From Octopus sinensis (lineage: Eukaryota), in assembly GCF_006345805.1 (NCBI RefSeq), contig NC_042997.1, forward strand, positions 31,248,001-31,312,000: a DNA stretch of 64,000 nt. Direction: 5' to 3'. Of the stretch, positions 40,134 to 53,760 are shown one piece after another. The stretch's first letter is position 1. The number at the start of each line of letters is the position of its first letter. The translations under genes and the position numbers were made by a program. The notes below the pieces were generated by a model, which saw nothing but the letters and a program-made list of their open reading frames with translations, did no database searches and had not been told where the DNA came from.

Positions 40134-42859
40134 AAAACTGACAAGCCAGCACCCATAACATTCAGCCCTTGTACCTACAGTAGAAAGGGTTTTATTACAA
40201 TTATCTTTATGTCGAACCCTAAATTTGTTTCAATAAAACAAATAAATAGAATTTAATTTTGAAATGTAATTTTCGGAAGGCGAACAATAAATAAATAATG
40301 ACAACTTAGTAAAAGATATAATGGTTAGTAGTAAAATTATTACTAAGTATTGTATACTATAGAGGTTGACAATTCATATTCATCTTTTTTATCACAAGTA
40401 GTATGATATTATGTTTACATAGATATTTTTCCTGACTTCTAGTACATATAATATTTATAGTATAAGGTGTGGTTTTAAAAATGTTTAAGCTGGAGCTTTT
40501 AACGACCGTTTAAATTTGAAAACGAGCTCTCTTTGCTTGTATTGCTCGTTGTGTATCAGAGTAACCATATTTACTTATAAGATAGTTTTAAATTAGTCAG
40601 AGTTCATTGCCTGAATGGGATTTCTTTTAACATTTAGAGAAAAAAAAAGTGCTCTTAGATGAGAGGTTCTTAGCATAATAAAGTGGTTTCGTGTTTTCTT
40701 TTTAATGTTGAAAATGACATTTCAGAAGCGGAAAATTGTCGGAGACTAGTTTCGTCTCTCTTATTTGAGAGTCCAGCAATTCTCATCCATCCGAAGTAAA
40801 TAACAGCAGCAATGATACGTAGGGCAATTTTAATTAATCATAATAGTTTAAAAAAAACTATTTGTACCACTGTTTATTAAAATGTTATCAATAATGAGGG
40901 TAGCTATATCAAACTCCATTCTTCATCAAGTGCCACATATTAGAGGAGGCTCCTAGTAACAACAGTGTAGCGCAAAACGGCAGTGCATCAGCATGGCCGC
41001 AGCTCTGAGCTGAAACTTTAAAGAAAAAACAAATTATAATCGTTTTAGTTTGTCTGAATCTACAGTTTTCACAAAGTCTTTTTTCATTTACCGAGTCTGG
41101 AGGTTAAGACAGTACCCATGGCGTTTCTGTGCAACCGAAACCGCTGAAATTGCTGCTGTCAATGTCCTGTTTAAACTTGCAAATCGATACTTGCAAGAAA
41201 GACATGAACTGGGAAGACATTCCAGAAGGACGATGTTCTGGGAAGGAAGTATTATATGTAGTGGGTCAGTGCCAGAACTGGAGTGGATAGACACAACAAG
41301 AATAGTTAAAGCGGGTTGAAAGTGTTTGAGTGGAGGAATCACAAGATCGGGTGTCTTTGAAGAACAGACGCTATCATAGCAGTGATAGAAATGGCAAAGA
41401 GAGGAGAAAGTACACATGTGGACCAGCAACTAGAGAGTGTTGGTAAGTGATTTTATACCAATCAATCGTGTGGCCTTTCTCTGGATACAGTCTGACATAT
41501 CCTTAATGTCTGCCTTTAGGTAAATACTGAGTATAGGTAAAACAGTATCGCCTGAGTTTAATATTTAATCTGGGTACACTATTTTCTGGGTGTAATATCC
41601 AAACTGAGTACAATAATGTTGTCTGTGTACAATACTGGATCTAAGTACATTAAAACTAACTTAGCTTGTAATAGAAGTATTCACACTATTTTGTGCTACG
41701 TGTATTTTTGGGTGATCTTCATAAATAATCATCGCTATCCTGTAAGATTGGTTGATCGCTAGCTTTTTAGTTGTTGGAGTTAGGTTGCTCTAATGACAGC
41801 ATCCTTTTCTTTCGGCATTCAGGTTTCTTTCTCTGTTAGTTAACTGTTATTGCTCAGTAACATATTAACAATAATACATAATACGTCAGAAGCTCTCTAC
41901 AACATTCGTTATGGGTCCACCTGCAGTGTGTATCCACTGGTGTATATAATATAAAGGAAAACGCCATTGCTTTAATGTTTTCACGTAATGTACATTTACT
42001 CCACTTTCTTCTCGTGTGAAATGTTTCGAATTTGTCACAATAAATTACCGAACTTGCCTCGCAGTGGTTGATTTAGAATTGCATGGATTTATCTGACAAT
42101 TAATCTTTTGAATTCCTTAATATTTTTTTACTTGCATCTTTTGTATTTCTATCAACATTACGTTTTGACCAGTTTACTCTCTGATTGTCTTAAGGTATCA
42201 CATTAGTAAATATACACATATTTGCGTTAAGAGATCGAAGCATTATACCAAAAAGAGGACAGTTGCGTAAGAGCTGAAGAATAGTTAGTAATTTAATCAA
42301 TGATAGATTATTGTCGTATATGAGAGATACATTTGCATTTACGTGTACCAAATGCTAAAACTATTTGTTGGAACTGGCTGTCTTTGAAGTGAATGCAATA
42401 GATCGATAATTTAATTCGTCAAAGTGGTTACCGTTCTTGACGATGTAAAACCACAATCACTTTAATTCCTGGCATTCGATCCCAATAAAACAGGATTCGT
42501 GAAGACAATCATGTTTCGTCAGAGTGGTAGAGTTTGAAAGAATGGATGATTCAGAACATTAATATGAAACGAATCAACGCATGCTTCAACTACCATGTGG
42601 GCAGCATATGCATAAATTTCGTGTGACTTTCTTACAAAATCCAGGGCTGAGCTAAAATTATACACCTTCGACGAAAGGTTCTGCTGCAAACGTAAGAGTC
42701 CTCCAGTTTATTTCATGCTAAAATGGTTCGGTCCGCTTTCACTGTTTTGCCTTTTCCGTAAAAGTGCGTCAATACAAAATATTTAGTTGACTGAAATAGA
42801 ATAAGGAAAGAAAAGAAATAGCAGATGCAAACAAACCATGAATGAATCCACGCCTCAGG

Positions 42860-42921
<62 letters not shown>

Positions 42922-42953
42922 GATAGGTAGATAGATAGATAGATAGATAGATA

Positions 42954-43110
42954 GAGGAAATTGACATAAATCCCAGTATAGTACAGCTCCAGGAAGCAGT
43001 GTTATTAGGGACATCTAGGATACTCAGGAGGGTTCTTGTTATCTAAGGTTAGTCCGATGTTAGGATGTTTTCTTTATCAACAGTCTAATCTGTTGTGTGC
43101 ATATGAATAG
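42954..43110 (+). mobile_element. R4/Dong-type element, extreme 3' end
   Basis: Reads EEIDINPSIVQLQEAVLLGTSRILRRVLVI* (42954-43046), homologous to the C-terminus at 44.0-44.1 kb. A short UTR and (AAT)n follow. Confidence 0.75.
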
Positions 43111-43134
43111 TAATAGTAATAATAATAATAATAA

Positions 43135-43197
<63 letters not shown>

Positions 43198-43216
43198 ATA
43201 ATAATAATAATAATAA

Positions 43217-43446
43217 GTGCTCATGGGAACTGCTCATATCCTACGCAAAATACTTTCTATGTAATCTCAAGGTTTAAAACAAACATTTTTTAAAAACATT
43301 CACTAGTACAACACAAAAAAACCCAACCAAATATATGGCACACTAGGCATAACAACAACATGAACTTCCAACTTGTTGTCTCTTGAGGTCTCTGGGTGAG
43401 ACTTGGAGCCAACTTGTACAAATATAAAGCAAAAGTCAAACATAGA
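43217..43446 (+). mobile_element. R4/Dong-type element, extreme 3' end with 3' UTR
   Basis: Reads VLMGTAHILRKILSM* (43217-43264), then about 180 bp of UTR. It sits between two (AAT)n tracts. Confidence 0.72.
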
Positions 43447-43488
43447 ATAATAATAATAATAATAATAATAACGATAATAATAATAATT

Positions 43489-44113
43489 GAAGGCTTTATC
43501 TTGGCTACCCAAGATCAGAGCTTATTGACCCGGAACTATCAAGCCAAGGTGATGAAAAATGGTGTAGACCCAAAGCGCTGTTACTGCAACGATTATATAG
43601 AAACAGTGGACCACCTAATCTCTGGGTGTATGGTTTTAGCACCTGTAGATTACAAATCAAGACATGACAGAGTTGACCAGTATCTACACGGGATAATGTG
43701 CCGGGATTAAATGGTATAAGCACCACCCTGAGGCTGTAACTAAAGGAGAAAATGTAACTATTCTTTGGGACTTTCCATTATGTACAGATCGGACCATCAA
43801 AGCAAATAAACCAGATAAGATCCAAACAATAAAGTCTATATATTGACTGACATGAGCATACCCTATGACCATAATATCTCGGCCGGCAAAAGAATATGAG
43901 TTCAGAAAATATAAAGATTTGCTCACCGAAAAGGAAAAGATATGGAATCTCAAGACAGTTACAATACCTGTGATTGTAGGAGCACTTGGAATGATAAAAA
44001 AAGGAATTGAAAATCATTTAAGAATGATCCTTGGCTTACCATCCATACAGGAAGTGCAAAAGATTGTCTTAACAGGTACGTCACACGTATTGAGAAGAGC
44101 ATTGTCGCTGTGA
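43489..44113 (+). pseudogene. R4/Dong-type non-LTR retrotransposon 3' end (zinc knuckle plus restriction-like endonuclease)
   Basis: Reads EGFILATQDQSLLTRNYQ, a decayed CCHC (RCYCNDYIETVDHLISGC), RHDRV, ILWDFP..TDRTIKANKPD, KYKDLLTE and TIPVIVGALGMIKK..IQEVQKIVLTGTSHVLRRALSL*. It starts directly after (AAT)n. Confidence 0.88.
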
Positions 44114-44343
44114 ATATTCTTACCTTTCTCCTTTTATTTTCTTTGTTTACTTTTTTAATTAAAAATTTTTTTTTGTTTCTGTCTTCCCCTTTTTCTCTAT
44201 CACATGATTTTTTGTAAATGGACAATTTGATATGTTTATTTTAATGGCCTACCAATGTATACAGTGCGTTTCTTTGTCCTAGGTGCCAGGAAGACACTCG
44301 GCAAGAAATGGTAACAGAATTGAAAGATGATAATGAAAATAAT

Positions 44344-44376
<33 letters not shown>

Positions 44377-44429
44377 AATAATAATAATAAGAAGAAGAAG
44401 AATGAAACCTTTGGTGATTTGTTATGCAC

Positions 44430-44630
44430 CACATATACTATGTAGTTGACGTTACATGCCCCTTTGATCCACGAATAGTCAAGAAAGAAGACAAAAAGAT
44501 AGATAGATACAACTCTCTTAAGTACGAAAAAAGTCCAGCTATGGAACATGAAGAAAGTGAAGATAGTGTTAATTATTGTTTGGTCCTTGGGAACAGTATC
44601 AGAAGGCATCAAGAAGAATATAAAGGTGCC
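44430..44630 (+). mobile_element. R4/Dong-type endonuclease fragment
   Basis: Reads VVDVTCPFDPRIVKKEDKKIDRYNSLKYE, then after a frameshift MKKVKIVLIIVWSLGTVSEGIKKNIK. Confidence 0.78.
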
Positions 44631-44634
44631 GAGC

Positions 44635-45350
44635 TACAGGTCCACCAATTTCTCTTGGTTATTCTTTGCTCCAGCCAACACTTCGAATTCCTTTAAGGTA
44701 GGGCTGATCACCTCGATATCCGAAATGTCCGACACCATAACAATGACTTTGTCCGCTTTAACTGAAACGAATGTTCTGTATTCTAGTTCACGTAGGATGC
44801 CCCTCGAAACATCCAGCTTCTGTAGCAATGGCTGGTGATAGGAGGCCATATAATTTGACCACTGTACATTGTAGAGATACAGTCCCGTTTTCAGTTGTCG
44901 TAGATATATTTGTTTGGGAGTGCGCATGACTATGTGTCACCGACGAACGCCGACCTCTTGGCTAAAATCCTGTAATCTGTGTTTAGCAGTGTTACAAGCC
45001 TAAAATTATCTATTTCGCCCCTTTGTTCGGGTTCTTCCCCAGTAGCACCACCACGCAAGAGCTCACAACACTGGGAATTCTACGATTCTATTGCCAGCTG
45101 CTGTAGACAATAGCGAAGAGATCACTGAACGCGCCTGGCACATGAAAATAAAGATTAAAGATCTTAAAGAGCAGTTATCAGCATTTCGCAGAACCCTGTA
45201 TCTGTGCCCTAAAGACGCGGCATGCTGTCGAGATAAGAGGTGAAATCCACCACCGTTTCCAACCCACCACACGCTCTGTACAGTTCGGCAAAGTTTCACT
45301 GAAGACAGAGTTAAAACCAAAGAAATTAAAAAACTGAGAAATATCAGGAT
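44635..45350 (-). pseudogene. L1/Tx1-clade LINE RT fragment with internal deletion
   Basis: The minus strand, across several frames, gives SYLDSMPRL, LYFHVPGAFSDLFAIVYSSWQ*NRRIPS..VVVLLGKNPNKG, IDNFRLVTLLNTDYRILAK and KADKVIVMVSDISDIEVISPTLKEFEVLAGAKNNQEK (degenerate YADD region). These resemble Tx1 RT motifs. Confidence 0.8.
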
Positions 45351-45605
45351 GTAGCCAGCGAGCTGAAGAGACTGTAGGAGACTGAGACAATAATTATATT
45401 CCGGTGGTGATTGGTGCTCTTGGCATCGCAAAAAAGCTACCTAAACGACTGAAAGATATTGGAGTTGAGACTCGCGTTGTTGATTTGCAGAAAAGTACCA
45501 TCCTATATTCTGCGAGAAGCCAAGGAAAAAATTTCGAGATTTGAGGTAACTTGTTGTCATCAAGCCTCACGATAATCTTCCTGATAATTAAACTGGCATG
45601 TAGTA
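45350..45605 (+). mobile_element. R4/Dong-type element 3' end
   Basis: Reads DVASELKRL*ETETII, then IPVVIGALGIAKKLPKRLKDIGVETRVVDLQKSTILYSAR, with a stop near 45543. Confidence 0.75.
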
Positions 45606-45607
45606 AC

Positions 45608-45935
45608 ACGAATAGTCAAAAGGGAAGGCGAAGAAGTAGATAAATACAACCCTCTTAAGTACGAAATTGCTCGGCTATGGAAAATGAAGAATGCGTCAAT
45701 TATTGTTGGGTCCTTGGGAACAGTATCAGAAGGCACTAAAAGAAATATAAAAGGAATAGGAATAGAGTACCCAGTAGAACTGTTACCAGAGGTTTGCCTT
45801 CTTGGCACGGCCAGAATCATCAATAACCAGTAAAGTATTAGTTGAAAAGAACAGGTATCGTAGCCTGCAGGCAGCAAGCCCGCTACGCATGCAAATCCCC
45901 AGGAGCGCCAACAAAAACTGAGATAAAAAGAAATA
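45608..45935 (+). mobile_element. R4/Dong-type element 3' end, same subfamily as 44430-44630
   Basis: Reads EVDKYNPLKYEIARLWKMKNASIIVGSLGTVSEGTKRNIKGIGIEYPVELLPEVCLLGTARII, then a UTR and (AAT)n. Confidence 0.8.
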
Positions 45936-45940
45936 ATAAT

Positions 45941-45971
<31 letters not shown>

Positions 45972-46520
45972 GTGGCTCTCATGGCTTCTGATCTTAACTG
46001 ATTGGAAGTGTTATCATGTACATTGTTTTGTCTTGGTATAAAAGATGGGCTACAGCAAATATTCTGCTCAATACCACAGATTTGCTTGTCAGTTGTTTGA
46101 CCTTAACCAGTTGAGAATGTCCCTTAGTGGCTGACGATATGTGCATCTCTGATCACGAGCAGAAGTAGTGGGGGAGCATCATAGCCATGTGTTGAGAGGG
46201 ATTCTTTGGGGTTTGAATAATTCACCTCTGGAAACATGGGTGGTTCGTTCAACATCCTTAAACAACCCTTATTCAGGGACCTTTTGAGCGGGATGGGCTA
46301 CTCAACCTGAAGAAATTTCTAACTGGGCCCCACCTGCAAGGTCATGTGCTGTTTATCTTGATATGAGATCACCATGTCGCGCACATATGGTTGTGATGCA
46401 TGTGCCTGGTGTACCTTTATCAGACGGGTAGTCATGATGGGTATATTGGGCTTCGTATATTTTACCCCAGTGTCACTTTGATGGCATGAACTGCTCTCTC
46501 ACTCAATGATAATAATAATA
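45972..46520 (+). mobile_element. (AAT)n-tailed interspersed retroposon, longest copy
   Basis: Homologous to 28192-28405 and 31850-32175. All three end in ...CTCTCTCACTCAAT(AAT)n or a close variant. Confidence 0.75.
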
Positions 46521-47640
46521 ATATCAACTATAGCAACTACCATACTTGTCATGTATCATTGGTTTGAGAAACTATTTCAAAGTTGGTTTTACTATTGATC
46601 AACCAGATCTACTTGAGTAGAAAAATAGGATTATCGACAAAGTGTTCGATTGAGTTATTTACTGGTGGTAATTTTTTTTTCTATTATGACCATGTCATGA
46701 AGTTGAGGAATTAAAAATAGTATTCTTCACTTTAAAGGAAGTAGCAGAGTTTATAGTAAATAAAGTTTGGTTGTTACTTTGAGCTTGTCGACGGGCCACA
46801 GAAGATCCTCCTCCTCCTCTTCCTCCTCCTCATCCTCTCTCTCTTTTTTGGTCGATATTTTGGTGAAGTTACAACCAAATAATTACTCAGGAGCATAATG
46901 TCTGATGAAGTGACGCCTGCAACTAGTCCCTTCTGGGATTACTTTCCACTGAACAGGACTGTTACGATAATCTTAGTGAAGGGGACATTTGTCTTTTAAA
47001 CTCTTAGCAGTACGAGAAAATGAGATAAGCATCGCTCCCATGAGTCATCATGGCGTTGTTGGATAAAGATTTATATTTCTTTAGAATTTCACTCCAAAAA
47101 AAAAAGCTATCAAATTTCAGTTGAGTAAAATGGATGAACTTGATTTTAAGATAGGAGATCCTTAGGGGAAGAAGCCGAGGTCAATGATAATGACAGCGAT
47201 AGTGATCATGACGACGATGAAGATGATGTTGATATTGAAGATGAAGGTAGTAAATAGCGCTAAATATCTTCTTTCTCTTGATAATGGAGAGAGAATAGAA
47301 ATATGTTGAACAACGAGAAGAAAAGAACTGGTGAACGAGAGAAAGAACTGAAAGATACGTAGTAAAAGATAAGATGATGTAATGCATAAAACTGTGCAAG
47401 ACAAATTGTTTCTCCTTGGAAAGTGTCGTCTGCAAATTGAAGACGACATTGTTACATTGATCTTCTGACATTGACCTCCTATCTGACGACGTGTCATTTC
47501 ATTGTCGAAATTGCACTTTAACCACCGCCGAGAAAACGGAGAAAGGAAGAGCAAAGACTAATATATAAAGACTATAGGAAAAAGGAGTAGACATTTCATA
47601 TACATACATACATACATACATACATACATACATACACAAT

Positions 47641-47681
<41 letters not shown>

Positions 47682-47708
47682 ATACATATATATATATATG
47701 TATGTATG

Positions 47709-47765
<57 letters not shown>

Positions 47766-47768
47766 ATA

Positions 47769-47837
<69 letters not shown>

Positions 47838-47872
47838 CTATATATAACATATACAATATATACATATGTATA

Positions 47873-47962
<90 letters not shown>

Positions 47963-49081
47963 TATATATTTTTTGTGTATGTGTGCATGTATATAGTATA
48001 TATGTGTTTGTGTGAGAAAGGGAGGGAGAAAGAGAGAGGAAGTGATAGGGAAAGTAAGAGCAGAAAAAGAAGGGGAATGTCAGAGATGTAGATGGAAAAT
48101 ATATAAAAAATAAATAGCATAGCTATATATTTATATGCTTATATAGTAGCAGTCCGGGTCAACAATCACTGCGCCACCGTCTCTCATCAGGGCGGATGCA
48201 ATAAGGTTAATAAGAAGCAATATGTGATACATTCATCAACATCGATGATCACATAGACTTCAACGTAGAACATCCTGGCTAGAAAAGATTTCTTCAACTG
48301 GATTTACTACTAATAAGTACAGAATTGTTTATAGAAAAGCGATCTGAAGAAGTCTGCTTGTCTTCTAAAATCGGCTTTCTGTATAAGGCATATGAAATAT
48401 TTCGGCACAGCAGTTTGGCGCCGCGTATTTAATGTCAATGACTAGAATCTGACTTGCTTGACATTAGGCGTTTTAATGTTTCTTTTGTTTTAATATTCCT
48501 CTCAGTCTCTCTCCCCAGTTCTCTGTCTCTCTCTGTCCATGTGTGTGAGCGTCTAGTTATGTCTGTATGCCTGTGTAATGTTTCTCCCTCACTATATCTC
48601 TCACTCTCTTTATCGGTTTATGTAATTTCTGCATACATACGTATGTTTGACTCCAGCGCCAAGGTATATAGTTGTCAAAGCAAATTGAATGTGTAGTCAA
48701 CCGCGCCAAATCGTCAGCGTCCGAACGGCTGCGCCGTATCGTCTCATTTGCTCCACAAGTGCCAACAGCCGACTGCATACGAGATACGTCCGGGTGTGGC
48801 TTTCTAATTCACTGATTTTATATTCGTCACTACTTCAAGCAAATTACAACACCCGTTTATCTCCCTTTTCTCTCCTTCAATACACACACAAACACGCACA
48901 CATACTCACATGTCGTGCCATGAACCCTCGATTTCCGATGGTGTGGTAGGGGCTCCGTCTTACTATATATCGTGATTGGGCAATTGAAAACCTGACGGTA
49001 TCAATCCGTTTCCTTGTCTGATTATATAAAAGAAGCGAGCAAAGGAGAGAAAAATGGAGGCGGAAAGAGAAAGATAGACAG

Positions 49082-49138
<57 letters not shown>

Positions 49139-49409
49139 GTGTGTGAGGGGAGAAGTAGAGAGCGAGGGAAATATCTACGTATCACGCGTCTGAAAGGATT
49201 AGAGACAAATACTTTCCTCCCCGGTCAATCTCTCATCAACTTTTTCAAGTACTACTTGAAAAGGAATGTGAGAGTAGAGAGGCAAGTTTTGTCTAGCGAA
49301 TGTTTCAGAAAAAGATGGGTAAACATAGCAAGTATGGCACGTATGAATAACGAAGCCACCTTGAGCATGATCCTATGAACCGTAAAAATTTAAAACCGAG
49401 AGTTACTTA

Positions 49410-49802
49410 ACTTTATATATAAAAGAGAGGTTGTGTGTCTGTCTCCTACGATTTAGATTCTTAACTACTCCCACATTTTGCGGTGCAGTTTAACCAAAAC
49501 CGGGTATCTTATAGTCGTGATTCATATCGAGCCCTTCTGGATATTAGCGCGCGTCTACGATGAGTCTACGATTTAAAAGAAATTTACCATCATTTTTTCC
49601 ATTTTAATGCATTTTTTCGCTATTATATAAGGGAAGTAACTATAAAAATGTCTACGATGAGTCAACGATTTAAAAAAAAAATTACCATAATTTTTTTCCA
49701 TTTTTAATGCACTTTTTTGCTATTTTTTGGCTATAACCCTCTAAAAATGCTTATATAGTTATTTCCCTTACAAACCCGAGCAACGCCGGGCGATACTGCT
49801 AG
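49410..49802 (+). mobile_element. non-autonomous Helitron
   Basis: The 3' end has a GC hairpin (CCCGAGCAACGCCGGG) 9 nt before CTAG|T. The element is the reverse complement of 57962-58353. Confidence 0.8.
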
Positions 49803-49824
49803 TTTGTAAATAAAAATGTTAATA

Positions 49825-50280
<456 letters not shown>

Positions 50281-51387
50281 TTGTGTGCGTGTATAGGGCT
50301 GCTTACACATACATTATATGCCTATGTGTCTGCGCATGCGTGAGGGGGAGGAAAGAAAACGTAAGAGAGAAAACGAAAAAGCTAGATAAAGTTATAGAGA
50401 GAAGGTGAGCGAAAGAGAAAGTGAGTGAGTGAGGGAGAGAAAGACAGAAAGAGAGAGGGAGTAAGAGAAAGTTAGACTTGTAGACGGACAGGCAGACAGA
50501 TTGACAGAAAGCAAGTAAATATCATGAATAAGGATAGTATAATATTAGATTAAGGCGAGAAGAGCAATGGATAAAGGAACAAAAATTCAGCAGTAAACAT
50601 TAAAACATTAAAGAAAGCAAACAATTATATAGTTATTTGTATTTATGTATTAGAACTGATTTAAGTATGTACTTTCTGTGAGTATGATAAAGTAATTCGA
50701 GATCTGTTTTACTATGGTGTAACGAAGAGCCAGATATACTACTACAGATAAGATCGGTTTTGGAAATGAAATAAACGATAGAGCAGATAGGTCGGATGTT
50801 ACAAAGGCGGGAAACATGTGTAGCAAAAAAAAAAAAAAAAGAAGGAAGTAAAAAGGAAAGAAAAGAACAGAGGGACAGAGATAGGGAGAAGAGGAAACAA
50901 GGAATGAAAGAAGGAAAGAAAACAAGAGAGAAGGAGGGAGTATGTACAAGAACAGACATGAAAGGTCAACATCGAAAAAATACAGAATGAAGCTCATTTG
51001 AAAGTGAAAGTAAGCTCAAACATGCAAAAAAGGGGTGAAGTCAGTTAAAGTGAAAGTATATTTTGCAAAATAAGAGTGACTGATAAAGGGAGAGAATAAA
51101 TATTCGAGAAACCAAACAAACAAGCAAAGAATGAACAAAATGAAAATGGATAAATAATGAAATAGGAGAGGAAGATATAGACGCATGTGATATATATATA
51201 ATATAATATATATATATATATATTATATATATAATATATATATAATATATTATATATAAATATTATATATATATATATATATCTAATATATGTGAGTGTA
51301 TGTAGGTGTAATATATATATGTATATATAGTCACAAATACACACATATATGTATGCACATATCAATATCTATCAATCTATCTGTCTG

Positions 51388-51462
<75 letters not shown>

Positions 51463-52933
51463 GTCTATATATCTGTCTGTCTATTTCTCCCTCACACGTA
51501 CACACAGACAAGCTAGTAAATATATGGATATATAGGTGTGGATAGATAAATATATAGCTTAAAATTAAATGCGTATTCACACACACACACAAGGATACGC
51601 TCACATGCATATGTATCCGCAAACACACGCAGACACACACGTTCCTGTGTATACATATTTTGCTTACATACACACGTACAAATACCGCAAAAATTAATAG
51701 GAAATAGAGAGAGATGGGGAGACCGAGAGGGAATCTTGGTATTTAAACAGATAAAGTGAGAGAGAGAGAGGGAGAGAGAGAGAGAGAGAGAGAGAGGAAG
51801 GGAGAGAAGGAGAGAGTGAAAGAATGAGAGGGAAAGAAAGAGAGGGGTGGTGGTTGAAGAAATTAAATAAAAGATTAGCACGGGAGAACTGGAATTAAGA
51901 GAGAGTCGTTTAGAACTGAAGAAAAATGAATTAAAAGCAAAATGTGAAAATTAGATAAAGAATATAAGAAAGGACAAGGAAAAATATGGCGTCTAATGGA
52001 AATGTTTGAGAGAAAACGATGTGTACTGCTAATGAGTGTCATTATATTGTAATGAAGACGATGTGGAAAGCTCAATATAACCGTGAAAGACAGCGCAAAC
52101 AGAGATTTGGCGTATTATTTAGATTGTTTATCGGATCAACAACTAAGAATTGTTTTGAAAATGTGACAGGAAGTTGTAAAAGATTTAAAAAATAAAACAA
52201 ACCCCAAAACAATTGTAAAAGCAGCAATAGCAAATACATGGAAGCGTTTGAGAGGTTTAGAAAAGGAATTTGATGTGCGCGCGTGTGCGTGTTTGTGTAT
52301 GTGGAGAAAGGGTTGGTTTTTCTGGAATAAATAAATAATCGGGAATCGCTTGTTTATAAACTTATGCATTGATTCGCTTATTTGGCTTTCTCATTCATTC
52401 GTGTTTACTTTTTCTCTTTCTTTTTTTTCTACCCCCTCCCCCACCTCATTCGCTTTTCACATTTTCATTCTGTCTATTCTACTAAACACTCTTAGATAAC
52501 TCTTTATTTGCATTACATACATTCATAACATAGATACACACATACATATATCTGCGTCTCTGTTTTTCTGTCGTAAAAAAATGGTTTTTCCGTTTTCGTT
52601 TCTCGTTGAGTTCTACGTCTAGTTGTGGTGTCCTGTACTCACGTGTATGTATATTTGTATATGCATGTTTATATACATGTAGATGTGGGTACGTACATAT
52701 ATGTTTGTATGTGTGCATATATTTTATTTATTACACTGTTGTTTGACAGTGCCCTCGCGTCGGGTTCGGTTCGATTCGTTCGCTTCGTTCCGTTTCTTGT
52801 TCTCCCAGTACTGTTTTATATATATATATATATATATGCACACACACATATATACATAAACATACGTGCGTACACGCACGTATACATATACAGGGTTTTA
52901 AGAATTCATTCAGCTTCAATAAGATGCGCCGCC

Positions 52934-52970
<37 letters not shown>

Positions 52971-53366
52971 GTATATATATATCAAAAACAAAAGGGACAA
53001 GAACGCAAAACATCCGGACAACTAGGTGATACAAAAAGGGACACAAAAACATTCAGATCGACGATACAAAAAGCAAGGACGGATCATTCGAAGCGTCCGG
53101 ATCATCCTCGCAATTTCGGCTGATATACATGTATATCAGTGGCGATTCTGGCACTCGGGCCGTTCGGGCTTAGCCGGAGTATAAATTTTGTAAAGTGAAC
53201 GTGTATTTGCAAGCTGATTTAGTTTCTACCAACACTGACTTTAAGTATGTAATTCCAGCCAATAACCCGAGCTCTTTTATTGAGTCTGGTCGCAGTTCAT
53301 ATATTTTCCTTCAATGTCTGGCGGTCGTCTTAGAGGTGCCCTGTGTCAAAAAATGCCATTCATAGA

Positions 53367-53760
53367 GCGGTGAGCTGGCAGAATCGTTAGCACGCCGGGC
53401 GAAATATTTAGCGGTATTTCGTCTGCCGCTACGTTCTGAGTTCAAATTCCGCCGAGGTCGACTTTGCCTGTCATCCTTTCGGGGTCGATTAAATAAGTAC
53501 CAGTTACGCACTGGGGTCGATATAATCGACTAATCCGTTGTCTGTCCTTGTTGTCCTCTCTGTGTTAGCCCCTTGTGTGTAGTAAAGAAATAGGTATTTC
53601 GTCTGTCTTTACGTTCTGAGATCAAATTCCGCCGAGGTCGACTTTACCTTTCATCCTTTCGGGGTCGATAAATTAAGTATCAGTTGCATACTGGGGTCGA
53701 TCTAATTGACTGCCCCGCCCCCCAAAAAATTTCGGGCCTTGTGCCTATAGTAGAAAAGAA
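53367..53760 (+). mobile_element. SINE family A dimer with two alternative tails
   Basis: A full unit is followed by a headless unit ending in the alternative tail ...TTCGGGCCTTGTGCCTATAGTAGAAAAG. Confidence 0.85.

Noticed and set aside
41050-41450. Unique GC-richer stretch with a strong + strand donor (TTG|GTAAGT) and several short ORFs
   Set aside because: No frame is open between plausible splice sites with a recognisable product. It might be UTR or lncRNA.
47150-47250. Acidic mini-exon RRSLGEEAEVNDNDSDSDHDDDEDDVDIEDE
   Set aside because: It has a poor donor and the same composition as the non-coding (GAT)n tracts elsewhere.
47483-47515. CTGACGA...GAAA hammerhead-like spacing
   Set aside because: There is no stem II closing pair, no UH site with stem I, and it is a single copy.
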